From assembly GCA_963663965.2 (NCBI GenBank), contig CAXXFK010000001.1, forward strand, positions 64,001-128,000: DNA of 64,000 nt, read 5' to 3'. Shown here piece by piece: positions 41,428 to 53,553 of this stretch. Within the stretch, counting starts at the first letter, position 1. Each line of letters begins with the position of its first letter. Below the pieces are notes generated by a model, which saw only the letters and a list, made by a program, of their open reading frames with translations, was not told the origin of the DNA and did no database searches. Origin of the DNA: Sedimentisphaerales bacterium (GTDB lineage Bacteria > Planctomycetota > Phycisphaerae > Sedimentisphaerales > SM23-30). The translations under genes were made by a program, and so were the position numbers.

Positions 41428-42543
41428 ATGCCTATACTGGATATCATCGGTCAGGAACAGGCCATCGGCCGGCTGGAACGAGCCCGTCGCATGGAACGTG
41501 TTCCCCATGGCTATATCTTCAGCGGACCCGAGGGCGTTGGCAAAGCCACCCTCGCCACCCAATGGGCCCGGCTGCAATTCTGCTCTTCACCGGTCACTCG
41601 TCCGGTCGACCCCGGCCATTACCAATGCGACAGCATTCGGGATGCCTGCGGCGAATGCAAAGACTGCCACCTGGTCCAGAGCCAGACCCATCCCGACCTG
41701 CATTTTATCGATCGGGATCTGGGACGTTTCACTTCCGGCACTGCCCGTTCCCGGCAATTGCTCACCCTGCCTATCGATGTCATCCGTGAATTCGTCATCG
41801 AACCGGCCGGCGGGTTCCCGACGCGGGGCCGGGCTAAAGTCTTTATCATCGACGAAGCCCATACCATGGCCCGACCCGCGCAAAATGCCCTGCTTAAAAC
41901 ACTGGAAGAACCTCCACCGGGTACTTTCCTGATTTTATGTACCTCGCGGGCGGACCTCCTGCTGAAAACGATTCACTCACGCACTCAAATTGTCCGGTTT
42001 AAAACGCTTCCCAATGAGTTTGTTCTGGCTCAACTTCAATCCAGAAACATCCCGAATGAACAAGCCTTATTCTGGACCCATTTCTGTAACGGACGTCTCG
42101 GGATCGCCCTGACTCTGGCGCAGCTCGATTTTTTCGATCAGATGCAAGCCCTGTTAAATGCCTTGGCGTCACTGGGTTATCGAAACATGCTCGATGTCGC
42201 CCAGTTGATGGTCGATAGCGCTAAACATTTTTCCCAGGAATACTTGAAACACAACTCCAAACACTCCGCCAGCGATGCCACTCGAATGGGCTACCAGCTG
42301 TTTATTCAACTATACTGCTGGGCCTTCCAGATGGCAATCTATTCTCATTCCGGTTGGAATAGTGCCGAAATGCCATCCGGAAAGCCCATAGCGGTACTGG
42401 CCCGTAAATACGATCCCCTGATGTGCGCCCGCGCGATTCAGATCTCCGCCCGCACCGAAAGCGCCCTGACGACGAACGCAAATCCCTCTTTGCTTTTTGA
42501 ATCGCTTTTGTTAGACTATATCGAATTACAAATGGGCTCCTGA
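41428..42543 (+). CDS. holB: DNA polymerase III delta' subunit
   Basis: GPEGVGK, CGECKDC, HPDL, AQNALLKTLEEP, TIHSR. Confidence 0.93.
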   Translation: MPILDIIGQEQAIGRLERARRMERVPHGYIFSGPEGVGKATLATQWARLQFCSSPVTRPVDPGHYQCDSIRDACGECKDCHLVQSQTHPDLHFIDRDLGRFTSGTARSRQLLTLPIDVIREFVIEPAGGFPTRGRAKVFIIDEAHTMARPAQNALLKTLEEPPPGTFLILCTSRADLLLKTIHSRTQIVRFKTLPNEFVLAQLQSRNIPNEQALFWTHFCNGRLGIALTLAQLDFFDQMQALLNALASLGYRNMLDVAQLMVDSAKHFSQEYLKHNSKHSASDATRMGYQLFIQLYCWAFQMAIYSHSGWNSAEMPSGKPIAVLARKYDPLMCARAIQISARTESALTTNANPSLLFESLLLDYIELQMGS

Positions 42544-42703
42544 CCTATAGAGATAACATAGCGCCCTGATCTGAAAGATAAATGAACACCTGGCGCTTGT
42601 CCGGTGCTTTTGTTATTGACCGGGATGCTGACTATGCCGTATCCGATGAGAATACGGCCAGCCGTGTCATTACTTTTTATATCTAAATAACTTACATCAA
42701 TGG

Positions 42704-44146
42704 ATGTGTAATATGACCGAAGATCCTCAACAGGATTTACCCTTATCCGATCCTCTGCCGCCTGAGGAACATGCTAACGATACCACAAGCGTTAAATCCT
42801 CCGGTAATCCGGCTAAAAAGCAAAAATTGCTGCTGGTCAAATACGGAAAAATGGGGCAAATTGGCTTATTCTATAATAACATTAAAGAATTCCCTTCTGA
42901 TACCAGCCACGTTATTGTCAGTACCGAACGTGGTTTGGAACTGGGCGAAATCCTGATGCCTCAATCAGTACACAAGGAAGGGCAATGCCGGATCAAAATT
43001 GAAAAAGTCGATCAGTTTTGTGCCGCCAGCGATAACAATTACCCCCTCCATCGGGATGGCAAAGTCGTTCGAATTGCGACTGATTTAGACAAAAACGAAC
43101 AGCGTCATCTGGATATGAATATCCGGCATATTATCGATCAATGCCGGTCTTTCATTGATCAGGACAACTTGGAAATGAAGCTGGTCGACGCGGAACACCT
43201 GTTCGGGGGCGACCGCATCATCTTCTATTTCATGGCCGAAGGTCGCGTTGATTTCCGTCAACTGGTCAAACAACTCGCCCAGCATTTCCAGACCCGCATC
43301 GAAATGCGCCAGATCGGCGCGCGGGACGAAGCGCGACTGGTAGCCGATTTTGAAACCTGCGGAAGGGAATGCTGCTGCAAGAATTTCCTGAAAGTCCTCA
43401 AACCGGTTAATATGCGCATGGCCAAGTTGCAGAAGGCGACTCTGGATCCGTCCAAAATTTCCGGCCGCTGTGGCCGGCTCAAATGTTGCCTGCGGTATGA
43501 AGATGAGGTCTATAACGAACTCTACAAAAAACTCCCGCATAAAGGCGAATGCGTTCTGGTGGAAGATGGCCACGGTGAAGTCATCGATTGCCAGACCATT
43601 ACCCAACTGGTACGCATCCGGCTGGCCAATGGCAAGCAGGTCGCCGTTCATGTCGAAGATATTCTCAAATTTAACTACACCCCGACTCCTGAAGATCTTA
43701 ACCGCCTCGAAAAACCATCCGGCAAACGCCGTCAAGACCGACCTCGACAGGCCAGACCGGCCGAACCGCCTGCGCCTAAGCTGGAAAAACCTCCCGTCGA
43801 TGCCGATCTTGAATCCATGGATGACTTATTCGATCTGGAAGGTCTGGAAAACGCGCCATCAGGATCGGCCGAACAGGATCAGGAACCCAGAGACAACAAT
43901 ACCGCGCGCAAACGCAGACGCAAAAAAAAGAAACGGCGGCCCGCTTCCGGGGAGCCCTCTGCCCAGGCGACGGATCGGTCAGAACCCAAACCGCAAACCT
44001 CGGATTCGGATAACGATAAAAATCCGGCCCCCTCGAAACGAAAACGCCGTCCGCGCAATCGAAGGCGTGGACGCGGTCGGCCGGATAGCAATAACCAGGG
44101 GAATGGCGATGACAACCGCCCCAATCCCCAGACTCCCTCAGAATAA
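42704..44146 (+). CDS. ricT: PSP1/RicT (YaaT) family protein with a long disordered tail
   Basis: RVDFRQLVK, RQIGARDEA, CGRECCC and KISGRCGRLKCCL. Position after holB is typical. Confidence 0.9.
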   Translation: MCNMTEDPQQDLPLSDPLPPEEHANDTTSVKSSGNPAKKQKLLLVKYGKMGQIGLFYNNIKEFPSDTSHVIVSTERGLELGEILMPQSVHKEGQCRIKIEKVDQFCAASDNNYPLHRDGKVVRIATDLDKNEQRHLDMNIRHIIDQCRSFIDQDNLEMKLVDAEHLFGGDRIIFYFMAEGRVDFRQLVKQLAQHFQTRIEMRQIGARDEARLVADFETCGRECCCKNFLKVLKPVNMRMAKLQKATLDPSKISGRCGRLKCCLRYEDEVYNELYKKLPHKGECVLVEDGHGEVIDCQTITQLVRIRLANGKQVAVHVEDILKFNYTPTPEDLNRLEKPSGKRRQDRPRQARPAEPPAPKLEKPPVDADLESMDDLFDLEGLENAPSGSAEQDQEPRDNNTARKRRRKKKKRRPASGEPSAQATDRSEPKPQTSDSDNDKNPAPSKRKRRPRNRRRGRGRPDSNNQGNGDDNRPNPQTPSE

Positions 44147-44175
44147 TCTGCCAAAAACGACAACGAAGGACTCTC

Positions 44176-46203
44176 ATGAATTCAAGAAAGATCTTGGTGA
44201 CTTCCGCCTTACCCTACGCCAATGGCGCCATCCATATCGGCCACCTGGTCGAATACCTCCAGACCGACATCTGGGTTCGCTTCCAGAAAATGCGCGGAAA
44301 TGACTGTATCTACTGCTGTGCCGACGATACCCATGGCACCCCCATCATGATTCGTGCCCGGAAAGAGGGCATCACCCCAGAAGAACTCATCGCCCGCATG
44401 TACGATGAGCATGTCCGCGACTTCACTGCCTTCGGGATCGAATTCGACAACTACTATACTACCCATTCTCCCGAAAACCGCCAACTCAGCGCCCAGATCT
44501 ACCAGGCCCTGCTCGAACAAGGCCACATCGTCACCGGCGAGGTCGAACAGGCCTACTGCGAACACGATGCCATGTTCCTGCCCGACCGTTTCATCCGCGG
44601 CACCTGCCCGCGTTGCAGCGCCATCGACCAGTACGGCGACTCCTGCGAAGTCTGTCACGCCACCTATACCACCCTCGAACTCAAAGACCCGCGCTGCAGC
44701 GTCTGTGGCAACCCGCCTATCCGCAAATCATCCAGACATTATTTCTTCAAGCTGGGCAATTTCACCGAACCCCTTAAACAATGGGTACAGGGTGGACATG
44801 TCCATGAACAGGTCTGCAATAAACTTATGGAATGGTTCGATCTGGGCCTCAAAGACTGGGATATCTCCCGGGACGCCCCCTATTTCGGCTTTGAAATCCC
44901 CGGTGAAACCGACAAATACTTCTACGTCTGGCTTGATGCCCCTATCGGCTATATGGCCAGTACCATGAACTACTGCCAGAAAAACAACCTCAGCTTCGAC
45001 GATTACTGGCGCAATCCCGAAACCGAAATCTATCACTTCATCGGCAAGGATATCACCTATTTCCATGCCCTGTTCTGGCCGGCCGAACTGATGGGCGCCG
45101 GTTTCAACACCCCAACCTTCCTGGCGATCCACGGGTTCCTTACCGTCAACGGTGAAAAAATGAGCAAGTCCCGCGGCACCTTCATCAGCGCCGCCACCTA
45201 TCTCAAACACCTCGATCCCCAGTACCTGCGCTATTATTATGCCTGCAAACTCTCTAACTCTGTCGATGATATCGACCTCAACCTGGAAGATTTCTGCTCC
45301 CGGGTCAACAGCGACCTGGCCGGCAATATCGTCAACCTGCTCTCCCGCTCCGCCCAGATGCTCAATAAAAACTTCGACAGCCGCGTGGGCACAATTCCCG
45401 ACGACGCCAGAGACATGTTGACCGTCATCCAGAACCAGGCCGAAGCCATCGCCGACGAATACGAAAATCGCCGGTTCGCCGCCGCCATGCGGATGATCAC
45501 CGCCCTGGCCGACGAGGTCAACCGCTATTTCGACCAGCACAAACCCTGGGCTGAAATGAAAACCAATCCCGATCTGGCCCAACAAACCCTCACCGCCACG
45601 GTCAATGCCGTGCGGTTGCTTACCATCTATCTCAAACCCGTCCTGCCAACCTTTGCCGCCGGCGTCGAACGCATTCTCGGCCTCAACCCGCTGACCTGGC
45701 CGGATGCCGGTTCCCTCATTGAAAATATCACGATTAACCCGTTCGAGCGTCTCATTGAACGCATCGATCCTCAAAAGGTACAAGCCATGATTGAAGACAG
45801 CAAACCAGAAACAGACAATCAAAACCAGCCAACCCCCAGTTCCGGTCCCAGTCCGCTCGAAACCGAACCGCTCGAACCGGAAATCACCATTGATGATTTC
45901 ACCAAAGTCGACCTCCGCGTCGCCAAAGTCCTCAAGGCCGAACTCGTCGAAGGCGCCAATAAACTGCTCCGCCTCGAAGTTGATCTCGGTGGCCAGACCC
46001 GCCAGGTCTTCGCCGGCATCCGCAAAGCCTACCAGCCCGAAGCGCTCGTTGGACGCCACGTCATCGTTGCCGCCAACCTCAAACCGCGCCAGATGAAGTT
46101 CGGACTATCCGAAGGCATGATCCTGGCCGCCGGCCCCGGCAACAGCGAAGTCTTCGTACTCTCCGTCGACCCCGGCGCCCAACCCGGCCAGCGCGTACAC
46201 TAA
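44176..46203 (+). CDS. metG: Methionyl-tRNA synthetase with C-terminal tRNA-binding domain
   Basis: ALPYANG.IHIGH, KMSKS, Zn knuckles, NLKPRQMKFGLSEGM. Confidence 0.98.
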   Translation: MNSRKILVTSALPYANGAIHIGHLVEYLQTDIWVRFQKMRGNDCIYCCADDTHGTPIMIRARKEGITPEELIARMYDEHVRDFTAFGIEFDNYYTTHSPENRQLSAQIYQALLEQGHIVTGEVEQAYCEHDAMFLPDRFIRGTCPRCSAIDQYGDSCEVCHATYTTLELKDPRCSVCGNPPIRKSSRHYFFKLGNFTEPLKQWVQGGHVHEQVCNKLMEWFDLGLKDWDISRDAPYFGFEIPGETDKYFYVWLDAPIGYMASTMNYCQKNNLSFDDYWRNPETEIYHFIGKDITYFHALFWPAELMGAGFNTPTFLAIHGFLTVNGEKMSKSRGTFISAATYLKHLDPQYLRYYYACKLSNSVDDIDLNLEDFCSRVNSDLAGNIVNLLSRSAQMLNKNFDSRVGTIPDDARDMLTVIQNQAEAIADEYENRRFAAAMRMITALADEVNRYFDQHKPWAEMKTNPDLAQQTLTATVNAVRLLTIYLKPVLPTFAAGVERILGLNPLTWPDAGSLIENITINPFERLIERIDPQKVQAMIEDSKPETDNQNQPTPSSGPSPLETEPLEPEITIDDFTKVDLRVAKVLKAELVEGANKLLRLEVDLGGQTRQVFAGIRKAYQPEALVGRHVIVAANLKPRQMKFGLSEGMILAAGPGNSEVFVLSVDPGAQPGQRVH

Positions 46204-46231
46204 TATTTCATATCCGGTTTGCGCCTGTCAC

Positions 46232-46627
46232 ATGAATAAACCCACCAAACCCATCGAACAAGTTGTCAACGAAGATGGCCGCTATCCCATCGAGGCCGTC
46301 CAGTTCGTTCGTCAGGGCCTCAGTTACGCCGTGGAAAAACTATTCCCTCAAACCGAAGAAGACGAGGATGAAATTCGCCACATCACCGGCCAGCAGTTGT
46401 GCGAAGCCCTGCGCGAATTCGCGCTGCGCAACTGGGGTTCCATGGCGCTTCCCGTCCTCAACCACTGGCACATCAAAACTACCCGTGATTTCGGCGAAAT
46501 CGTCTTCCTCCTGGTCAACTCCGGCTGGATGCAAAAACAACCCACCGATTCCATCGAAGATTTCGACCACGCCTACGACTTCAAATCCGCCTTCAAAAAC
46601 CCCTTCAATCCCGATCTCGAAGACTGA
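46232..46627 (+). CDS. Minf_1886-family (PVC conserved) protein
   Basis: DGRYPIEA, RHITGQQLC, TRDFGEIVF, DSIEDF. Confidence 0.85.
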   Translation: MNKPTKPIEQVVNEDGRYPIEAVQFVRQGLSYAVEKLFPQTEEDEDEIRHITGQQLCEALREFALRNWGSMALPVLNHWHIKTTRDFGEIVFLLVNSGWMQKQPTDSIEDFDHAYDFKSAFKNPFNPDLED

Positions 46628-46652
46628 TCGCCCGTCACACAACGTCAGCCAT

Positions 46653-46829
46653 TCAACGCCCCCCCATCCCTCGGATATATAACTGTAACAATATCCCTGC
46701 CATCAAAACCGCCAGCGTGATCAAGAACAACCGCAACGACATCATCCCCGCAAACCGCCGGTTATTGAATCGATACATCATCACTAACATGACCCAGATA
46801 AACAGACCCGCAATAATCACATAATCCAT
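46653..46829 (-). CDS. Small 2-TM protein, 58 aa, absent from the ORF track
   Basis: MDYVIIAGLFIWVMLVMMYRF...IRGMGGR*, with a GGAAGGGG RBS-like sequence. Confidence 0.45.
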   Translation of the reverse strand: MDYVIIAGLFIWVMLVMMYRFNNRRFAGMMSLRLFLITLAVLMAGILLQLYIRGMGGR

Positions 46830-46878
46830 CAGACACCCCTTCCAGCCGGCCGGCGCCGACCGATTTCCAGCTTGTCCA

Positions 46879-47208
46879 TCATTCCCGCGACACGATGGTT
46901 TTCCCTCTCGTCCCCGGCAACTTCCCTGCCATACCCATCATAAATCCCCACAAACCACAAGCCATCTGAAAACACAAAAACCACCAGATCAGGTTAATAT
47001 TCGAACCATCAGATAACACACCATTGAGAAGAGCAACAACATTTAACCCGAAAAAGCATCCAAAACCTATTATCATCCCTGTCATAATTCCCAACAGACT
47101 GGGTATGCCAAAAAAACAAACAACGCCCCAGAAAACCGAAACCAGAAACTTACCCATCAGTTCCAACCAACCTTTCTTTGATTGATCCCATTCATATCTC
47201 CAAGACAC
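46879..47208 (-). CDS. Hypothetical membrane protein
   Basis: Three hydrophobic segments ending GKLPGTR. Confidence 0.5.
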   Translation of the reverse strand: MSWRYEWDQSKKGWLELMGKFLVSVFWGVVCFFGIPSLLGIMTGMIIGFGCFFGLNVVALLNGVLSDGSNINLIWWFLCFQMACGLWGFMMGMAGKLPGTRGKTIVSRE

Positions 47209-47458
47209 CAGATATCCATTTCCAAAGCCCTTTCCACAATAATACTCATAACAACTGATCCAACAAACATAATATAATCCCGCCCGATTTCTGAATCAAT
47301 AATTTTTTAACACCCAACACTGGGCCGCCCTGAAAGCCGCAATTGATTAATTAAACCACTAATTAAAACATAAACACATAAAATATAATCTCTTACAATA
47401 ATATATAGCCATACCTGAAATTCTGTACCCATTTATTTTTTATCAAATAGATACTTCC

Positions 47459-47490
47459 TTATTACAAGATAACCGATTATCTTGTAATAA
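47459..47490. promoter_or_regulatory. Perfect 14-bp inverted repeat upstream of fic (putative operator)
   Basis: TTATTACAAGATAA-CCGA-TTATCTTGTAATAA. Confidence 0.7.
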
Positions 47491-47522
47491 CAACTTTGCT
47501 TATTACATTAAATGGAATAAGA

Positions 47523-48687
47523 ATGATGCATCGAAAACCGGACAATACATCACGATTTCCAATGTCGGCGAAACCTGCCAGGCATTTATCCCGGCCCCAT
47601 TGCCACCCAGGCCGGCGCTAATCATCGATAATAAACTCAGAGAATTGCTGGACCAGACCCTGCTCAGCCTGGGGCGGCTCGATAGCACTTCAATGCTACT
47701 ACCCGATACCGACATATTCTTGTATATGTATATCCGTAAAGAAGCCGTACTGTCTTCTCAGATCGAGGGTACTCAATCATCGCTTTCCGAACTGTTGCTC
47801 TTCGAAATCGGTGGCAAGCCGGATGTGCCCATCGATGATGTCCAGGATGTATCCAATTACGTCGCCGCCCTCAATCACGGCCTGGCTTTAATCAAAGAGT
47901 TACCGGTCTCTTCCAGATTGATTCGGGAAATGCACCGGGTATTGTTATCGAAAGGCCGGGGCAGTTCCAAAATGCCCGGCGAGTTCAGAACCAGTCAGAA
48001 CTGGATCGGTGGTTCCCGCCCGGGAAATGCTGTTTATGTCCCACCGCCACCGGAAAAACTTCCCGAATGTATTGGAGATCTGGAAAAATTCATCAACGAT
48101 ATCCCGGATAAAACTCCCACCTTAATCAAAGCCGCCCTCGCCCATGTACAGTTCGAATCGATCCACCCCTTTCTGGATGGCAATGGCAGGGTTGGCCGGT
48201 TGCTGATCACCGTACTGCTGTGTTCTGAAAAAATACTGAAAGATCCACTATTATATTTGAGCCTTTATTTCAAAACCCATCGTGATACCTATTACCACCT
48301 TCTTCAGCAATGTCGTTCGCAAGGCCATTGGGAAGCCTGGCTGGAATTCTTCCTGACCGCTGTTAAAGAAACTGCCGATAAGGCCGTTATAACGGCATCC
48401 ACCCTCCTGGCCCTGGCAGAGGAAGACCGCAAAAAAATTCATGCCATCGGCCGGGCCGCCAGTTCGGCGTTGCGCGTCCATCAGGCTCTGATGCAAAGAC
48501 CCATTATCTCCATTCCCAAAATAGGCGAACTCACCGGCTTATGGGCACATCCGCCACCAGCGCTATTCAGCATCTGGAAAAACTCGGTATCGTAAAAGAA
48601 ATGACCGGCCGCAAAAGGAACCGGCTCTACAAGTACGAAAAGTATATCAATATTTTAGATGAAGGAACGGATCTTTCGCTTGGCTGA
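47523..48687 (+). CDS. Fic family protein (Fic-N + Fic + HTH), frameshifted near both ends
   Basis: EAVLSSQIEGT and HPFLDGNGRVGR. The N-terminal start and the C-terminal EMTGRKRNRLY lie in other frames. Confidence 0.9.
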
Positions 48688-48770
48688 TCGATCATATGCT
48701 TCCATAGTGATTGTCAGGAACACAAATATGCGACAAGTAACGCCCTGTATTACCTTTAAAGTGAAAAATC

Positions 48771-49059
48771 GTGCCTGACCCAAAAAACCTGAAAATTGGC
48801 GATCACATCAAATTTGTCGCATTTCCGGATGAATGGAAGAATCCGGAATTTTGCCTGCAGGATGAATCCCGTTTGTTTATGGAAAAGATGATAAACAGAA
48901 AATTTCCATCTCGTATCTTCTGCCATCGATCCATTCGGATATCCTTGCATTAAAGCACAATTAAAAATAGATAACAGGATTGTTTACCATACCTGGACAA
49001 TCATGGAATGCAGCGGTTGGCGCAAAGTCAAAAAACATCAGAATCCCATCAATCGTTAA
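48771..49059 (+). CDS. Hypothetical protein, apparently frameshifted
   Basis: MPDPKNLKIGDHIKF..., with coding-like continuation (YHTWTIMECSGWRKV) to TAA 49059. Confidence 0.4.
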
Positions 49060-49196
49060 ATTGTTCCACAAAATTCAAGAGTACCGCGAATTGATCTCCA
49101 GGGATATGCTGATACTTGCAGTTAAAACCGATGATTAGCTGCCCTGTTTACACGGTATTTCCTGTTCCCGCGTGGATATCTCGCCTATAATCTACT

Positions 49197-50175
49197 ATGA
49201 AAGCCGCGATCTGTACAAAATACGGCCCCCGGATGTCCTCAAAATCATCGATATGCCCCTCCCCGCTCTCCGGCCCCAATGATATTCTGATCAAAATTCA
49301 CGCCGCCGTCGTCACACTTCCAGACTGCGTCTTTCGTCAGGGCAAACCCTATATCGCCCGTCTCTTCACCGGCCTGACCCGCCCCAAATACATTCCGGCG
49401 ACACCTTCTCCGGCCAGATCCAATCGATCGGCCCCCAGGTCACTCGTTTCCAACCCGGCGATATGGTCTTCGGCTGCTCCGGCACAGACTTCGGCGCCCA
49501 TGCTGAATACAAAGCAATCAACGAAAATGAGGCGATCGCCCACAAACCGGTCAACCTTTCCCACGCCCAGGCCGCCGGACTCTGTTACGAAGGCCTGACC
49601 GCGCTTCCGTTCCTCCGCGACATTGCCCAACTCAAATCCGGCCAGACCATCCTCATCAATGGCGCTTCCGGATCGGTTGGCAGTTCTGCCATCCAACTCG
49701 CCCGGATCATGGGCGCTCGCGTTACCGGGTTTGCAGTACCCGCCATATCCCGTGGTGCAATCGCTCGGCGCCGATCAGGTTATCGACTACACCGCGAAGA
49801 TTTCACCCGCACCGGCCAGACCTGGGATATCATCTTTGACGCGGTCAGCAAAAGTTCGTTTACCCGCAGCAAAAACGCCCTTGCTCCCCAGGGCATCTAT
49901 CTCACCACCGGCCTGTCATTACCCATCATGCTGCACATGCTGAGAACCGCCCGCTCACCGGCCAGAAGGCCATCTTCTCCGCCACCGGCCTGCGTTCAGC
50001 CGAACAGAAAAACCAGGACCTCCTCCACCTCAAAAGCCTCGCCGAATCAATCAACTCACCACCCTCATCGATCGCAGCTACCCACTTCGAACAAATCGCC
50101 GACGCCCACCGCTACGTCGAACAGGAACACAAAACCGGCAACGTCATCCTGGTGATCGATAACGCCGGGCAATAA
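49197..50175 (+). CDS. NAD(P)-dependent MDR oxidoreductase (Zn-ADH/QOR-like), several frameshifts
   Basis: MKAAICTKYG, GAHAEY, INGASGSVGS, LGADQVIDYT, IIFDAV and GHKTGNVI, spread over several frames. Confidence 0.85.
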
Positions 50176-50222
50176 CTCCACGGCGTTTTTGTTTTACTCC
50201 AGCGAATAGGCCTATTCAGTGA

Positions 50223-51747
50223 TCAATCCTCCACCAGCGTAAGATCCTCAGTCGGCTTGGCATACCCTTTTCCGGCAATATACGCCTTTGTCTCATCCAC
50301 CATCTCCTGGGTAATCTGGTATTGATATTTCCCATAATCATTCACCTCTAGTTCACCCACCCAGAAAAATCCCCATTTCTCAAAAAAGTCCGTCAGATCC
50401 AGCTGACTCACATCACAGCAGATCTTCACAAACTCAAACTGATTTCGAATCGATTCATTCCGCCGCCCGGCGTCCGGCCGCTGCCGCATCGCTTCCATCA
50501 CATCCGCGTAAAAATCCGGCCGCCCGTTCCGCGCGAAATACAGATGCAGCTGCCAGAACGGCACCAGCCGGTCAAACACATCCTTGGCCGCCAGAAACGA
50601 CACGCCCGCCTCGATAATATTCTTCCGCGCCGAAGCATAATTCTTCTGATGCTCCAACCGGCTTTCGTTACCCATCCCGGTCGTGGTATACATGGTAAAA
50701 ATGTTATTGCTCACCTCCGTCATCCCGCCCCAGGTCATTTGCGGACTCATCTGCAGCGCGTGCCCCACCTCATGACAGAACCCCAGCACGGATCCCCTTT
50801 AATCACCACATCCGGCTTGGCCACCATCCGCATCGTCCCCTGATTACCCAGGTACGCCACCCCGTCCCGGTCACGGAACATATAATAATTAAAATTCACC
50901 CGCGCCAGGATCCGGTTCTTCGGCATCTTGTTATACTTCACCAGCCCCATCAAGGTATAATGATGATGCAGCAGCGTATCGTAATTGGCAATCAGCTCCA
51001 CCCCCTGCCTCGCGTATAAGTCTTAAACCACTCCACCGGATACGCCACCTGAATATGCTTGCCCCGCGCGTCCATGATCGGACTCACCGCCTCATCCAGC
51101 AGCCGGTCCCAATCCGCGTTTGTATCCCGGCCCGCGTCAAAATAACCATTCACCTGCCCCGTCGGAAAATGCACCGTCACCGCCGGCGCCGTCTCGGCCT
51201 GGTCATCAAAATAACTCACATAGACATTCCCGCCCTTCTTGACCTCGATCAGATTCACCCCTTCCTCCAGCGCGATCTGCTGCTTATGCAGCCCCCACCC
51301 ATTCGGATCCTTGGTCGGCTCGATCCCCGCCGCCGGCTTCCGCATCCAGTCCGGGATCAACAGCGACACCTTCTTCCCGCCGGTATCCCCCACCAGCACC
51401 ACCTGCTCACCCGCCGCCAGGCACATCCCGGTCATATTCTCATAACGGCTGAACCCTTCCCCCAGCTTCAACATCGCCGCCAGCGCCCGCGGCGATGGAT
51501 ACGCCTCATAACTCGTCGCCCGATAGGTACCATCATACCGCCCCGCCAGCATGTCACTCGCCACCCGTTTGAGCAACTCACTATGAAATTGTCCCAGATC
51601 CGCCTCCTTAACCTCCGCCTTCAACCGGCTGCAACTGCCGTCCGTAAAAAACGCCCGATCCGCCTCCAGCGCCTCCCGGTCATATCCTGCCCCGCAAACG
51701 CCCATCATCCAACTTAATAACGATACCATCACAATCATTTTCTTCAT
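50223..51747 (-). CDS. M60-family metallopeptidase, secreted, two frameshifts
   Basis: Signal peptide, ENMTGM, WGF/CHEVGH..Q...EVSNN and DLTDFFEKWG, across three ORF fragments. Confidence 0.85.
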
Positions 51748-52180
51748 AGCAAAGCTCCGTGGCACAGGTTTTTTCTCAAATTCTGCATCTACTGAAATTA
51801 TAAAAACATAAAACAACTTTGTTTCATTGCGCTCTTTAAATAAAGATCACCTCCCTTTTTATTCCCAAATCACCAATACACCCTTTATAACGCCCGGCCA
51901 CCCATCCTATTTCAACTCCCGGCCACTCCACCGCAGGTTTCACCCTGCCTCCCCTGACCCACCCCAAAAATGGCTCGACAGAACAGGATACCCACGATAC
52001 AAGCCTGTTTTCACCTCTCAAAGACACATTTTCTTACCATAAATCTTTACAAGTCTTTTTATAATAGTTACTTAATAGATAAAATCCAAATAAGAAATAT
52101 TAGAGAATATCCTTGAAATGGCCGATATAACAGGTAATATTGTATAATATATGGCTATTTCTACAGGTTAATATAATATT

Positions 52181-53553
52181 ATGCACCGTTTCTCATTAAA
52201 ACAATTGAACGAATGGTCAACTCTCCCGTCTCGCAAACCCTTGGTGCTACGGGGGGGGCGACAGGTGGGCAAATCCTATCTGGTTCGCATGTTTGCCAAA
52301 GAATCGTTTGAGTCACTGGCCGAGGTCAATTTTGAGCAGATGCCCGATACGGCGGACCTGTTTCTATCGAAAAATCCCAAACAGATCGTCGCGCATCTCG
52401 AATCCAAACTCAACCAATCGATCCTTCCCGGAAAAACGCTGTTGTTTCTGGATGAAATTCAAGCGGCGCCCGAGGTATTCGCGGCCCTGCGCTACTTCTA
52501 TGAACTGATGCCCGCCCTGCATGTCATCGCCGCCGGCTCCCTGCTGGATTTTGTGTTGGAAGATCATACCTTTTCCATGCCGGTGGGCCGGATCGAGTAC
52601 ATGCACCTCGGGCCGATGACTTTTGAAGAATTTCTGTGTGCTCTCGGCAAACAAAAACTCCTGGAATTGATCCATAACTATTCACTGTCTGAATCGATTC
52701 CCGGTTCCATTCACAACGATCTCATGGGCCTGATCAAGGACTTCTGTGTAATCGGAGGCATGCCCGAAGCGGTTCAGGCCTATGTCAACACAGGGTCCTA
52801 TCTGGATTGCGAACGGATCGCCACCGGTATCCTGGCCACCTACCGGGATGACTTTGCCAAATATGGCCGGCAAGTCAATTCCCGTCGGATCGAAAAAGTC
52901 TTTTCCAAAACCCCCTTGGCTCATCGGCCAGAAATTCAAGTACTCTCAGGTTGACCGGGATGAAAAAACCCGCGACTTAAAGCTGGCGCTGCATGTGCTG
53001 GAAATGGCCCGCATTGTATTTCGGGTGCTGCATAGTGATGCCAATGGTTTGCCCTTGGGAGCCGAAGTCAATGATCGGTATTTTAAGACCCTGTTTCTGG
53101 ACGTCGGACTGGTCTGCCGGATCTGCGGACTTTCCATGGCCGATATTCAAGGTCTCCCGGATCTGATGCTCATCAACTCCGGCGCGATTTGTGAACAGTT
53201 TGTCGGCCAGCATTTTGCTCTATTCGGGTCGGGCCTATGAATCGCCGCAGCTTTATTGCTGGATGCGCCAGCAGGGAAGCGCCAATGCCGAAGTGGATTA
53301 CCTGATATCCCTGGGAATGCATATCATCCCCGTGGAGGTCAAAGCCGGCAAAAGCGGATCCTTACGGTCGGTTCATGTCTTTATCAATGAAAAGCAGCGC
53401 GATTTTGCCTTGCGGTTTAATGCCGATCACCCCTCGATTACGGACGCCAGAACCAGCGTTTCAGGCATGAGCCCAAAACCCTTTAAGCTGTTATCGCTTC
53501 CCTTTTACCTGATCGGACAGGCTAACCGCCTTTGCCATGAAATAATCCGCTAA
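52181..53553 (+). CDS. AAA_14 ATPase with DUF4143 (PD-(D/E)XK-like) domain, two frameshifts
   Basis: GGRQVGKS, FLDEIQ, AAGSLL, GGMPEAV, AEVDY, PVEVKAG. Confidence 0.9.

Noticed and set aside
44728..46059. 443-aa antisense ORF
   Set aside because: It is a shadow of GC3-biased metG with no motifs. The same applies to antisense ORFs over purB, the sulfatase, murB and the M60 gene.
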